Assembly (NCBI GenBank): GCA_033442325.1
Contig: JAWQFM010000021.1
Coordinates: 465,452-529,451, forward strand
DNA from: Salpingoeca rosetta
Lineage: Eukaryota; Protista; Choanoflagellata
Direction: 5' to 3'
Length of the DNA stretch: 64,000 bases
Shown: piece after piece, positions 61,525 to 64,000 of the stretch
How the letters are laid out: every line of letters begins with the position of its first letter
How positions within the stretch are numbered: the first letter of the stretch is position 1
The notes under the pieces: model-generated
Databases searched by the model: none
What the model was told of the DNA's origin: nothing
The model's input: the letters and a program-made list of their open reading frames with translations, nothing else
Position numbers and translations under genes: made by a program

Positions 61525-63087
61525 CAATCAGGCCAGCCACACGAACACTTGTTGCATGGGGCGGCATACCCCTGAAATGCGCTTCTCCGAACGCGTCTTA
61601 GTGATGCCGGTCTGCAGCGGCTGGCGCGGGAAGTAGAACGAACGACTTGCATCGCGACGCATTGCGGGCTTCGTGCCTTGACCCTGCTTGCATGCCGCCA
61701 TGTTTGCACCGGTGTCGGTGAGGTCATGACGTTGGTTGCTGCTGCTGTTGTTGTTGCTATTGCCAGCGCTTGTGCTGAGTAAGCCTGTCTTGCTGCCTTT
61801 GGAGGGTGTGCCCACACCACCGCCAACAGATGTGGCCGTGTTCCCCAGGGCAGAGGATGGGCCGCTGGTTGCGTTTGCTTGGCTGCTTCGTTTGCGTGCC
61901 GGCACAGCCCTCGTCTCACCCACGGCGGTACCTGCCTCACTGCGACCGTTTATGGCCATGTTGGCTGTAGCGGTTGTTGTCAAGGTTGTGGGGCTGTTGT
62001 TGGAGGGAGCAGCAGAGTCGAAGAAGATGCTCTTGCGGTTGAGGTTCGACTTCCACTGCTGGCGAATACCCCGCTGGTCTGTGCGCGCTTTGCGTTTTTC
62101 TTGTGCTTTCTCTTGCGCAGCAATTTCCGCAGCAATTGCCTGCTTCAACGTCGCGTTCATAATCGACGAGGACGCTGCGGTGGGGAGAATGTGTGTATGG
62201 TTTGTGCGTGAGTGTGCGCACGCGTGTGCGTGTGTGTTATGTGCGTACGTGTGTGTAGCGTGTGTGCGTAGGCGTATGTGTGTGCGTAAGCGTATGTGTA
62301 TGTGCGTGCGTGCGTGCGTGCGTGCGGCAGACACACACACATGCAGCACACATGCAGTACACACACATGCAGTGCACACCTGCAGTGCACGTGCAGCATA
62401 CACACACATGTGCAAATAAACAACCAAGTGTTTGGGAGCCCGAGTACGTACTGAGTTCGTTGCAGGTGGCGCAGAGAAGAAATCCGAGATCAGACCGGCC
62501 AGCGGTGAGGCAGGATCGACACACCACGTGTCCGCATGGGATCAGGCTCATGGGAACGTGCTTGGCGTCACTCTATTGAAGATATGACGCAGGGGCAGGT
62601 GAAGGGGGAGGGTTCATGGTGTCATATTGTGTGAGTGGTGCAGCGTGCACGCTCACCTTCAAAACCAAACGTCCAGTGCTTACTGCACATGAACACATGT
62701 GAATGCACGACCAGTTGGCACACTTGCACAATTATGGGATAAACATGGTCCAAACATGTCAGCGCGTTGGGCCAATAGCATGGATGCGCACCATCGTCAC
62801 ACTGCACGAAGGGCAGTGCAGCTGCAGCTCCGACGGAGCCAGCGACGTGCTTGATCTGCTTGACTCTGTGGTGACAGCGATCGATGCGCAGTGGAGGCGT
62901 GTTGGTGACGTGAGTGCCTGGTGACTCAAAAACAAGCGAGGTACAAGAATTGTAGGTGCCATCCCCAGCTTGCACCAGCAAAGGTCGCCTGATGCACAAG
63001 CAGATAGGCAGGCAGGCAGGCAGGCAGGCAGACACACACAAACACAGAGACAGACAGAGACAGACAGAGACAGACAGACAGACAGAC

Positions 63088-63122
<35 letters not shown>

Positions 63123-63720
63123 CAACGCACCGTTTGATGAGAGGGCCTCGTTGACAGAGTCAGTCCAATGCTGGGCATTCACACTCGTGCCTTCAGTGGA
63201 GGAGAGCACCATGCCGCGTTCCTCTGTTGGATCCACAACCGACCTGTGGCAAATGGAAAGAGCAACACAAGTCATGAGATTGTGCAGTCCGACTCATTTG
63301 TGAAGGCGCACAAGAGAACAGTTTCAAGGCCAGCAAAACGGTGGGCTGGTTGCGAGTTTGTCGCCTGACCTCACAAGGTCGTTGTCACCGTCATGCGGAT
63401 CTTGCAAACACGTGAGTCCTGTGTCACGGCCATCAACATGGTGAGTGATGCAGTGGCGGCAGATCGGATATGGCAAGGAGGGAGACAAAGGCCAGAGACC
63501 GCAGCGGTAGCATAGGGGATGTAAACGGTCACAGAGCCAAAGCCACACAAAGGAGTGCGGAGTCGACAGCAGAGTGGGAGAGCCAGTCAAAAAGACGTGC
63601 AGTAACCTGCACACGCACATCACACAAACACACACAACACACACCGCAACACACACACACACACACCTCGTTCGATGGAGACTTGTCGCTTCATGCGAAT
63701 GGACTTGGCCAGCTCCTATG
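57935..63720 (-). CDS. RING-HC finger + coiled-coil protein with low-complexity C-terminus (5' end uncertain, may extend beyond window)
   Basis: Spliced LHCPSCSVTM|SDAKHVPMSLIPCGHVVCRSC..LCATC gives a C3HC4 RING. Coiled-coil exons (EVDMAIKKEEAESRDTASEIERIDEQVAFLQQQRK). Large last exon ending EDESEV*. Confidence 0.65.
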
Positions 63721-63954
63721 GGCAACAGTCAGTCAGTTCATGGCGCAGAACAAGCAAAAAGAGCAAACGGTGGAGAAAGGAGTTGAGAAACAAGACGGGA
63801 GACACCCTCCAGGCCTTCATGACACGTGAGGCATGATCCCATGCTCTCTCTCACACCATACCCACCCATACCCACCCACACCCACACCCACCCACACACA
63901 CACACACACTCACACCACACCACACCACACCACACCACACCACACCACACCACA

Positions 63955-64000
<46 letters not shown>

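Overview
Gene-dense, intron-rich eukaryotic genomic DNA. Exons are GC-rich, and nearly every intron carries (GT)n/(CA)n microsatellites. This style and the gene content suggest a choanoflagellate such as Salpingoeca rosetta (inference). I reconstructed about 14 protein-coding genes by hand from GT-AG junctions. In order: an unknown gene's 3' end; a Cys-repeat type I membrane protein; a secreted FN3/Cys-rich protein; a DUF1499-like protein; a BPI/LBP lipid-binding protein with a PA14-like domain inserted; an acylated Ser/Thr kinase; a single-ORF VWA-(Ser/Thr)n-Cys module-2xPAN secreted protein; ATG101; a bacterial-type PARG; the meiotic helicase HFM1/MER3; Era/ERAL1; two tandem receptor kinase-guanylyl cyclases with solute-binding-protein-like ectodomains; and a RING/coiled-coil gene. 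There are two 100-N assembly gaps. The most notable items are the BPI-PA14 chimera, the receptor pair (apparently intact kinase, diverged sensors, homogenised signalling halves), the Rosetteless-like secreted protein, a ~420-bp compositionally foreign island in an ATG101 intron, and the polarised GU/CA intron architecture. Most ORF-track entries (poly-CV/HT) are microsatellite artefacts. Gene boundaries are manual estimates.
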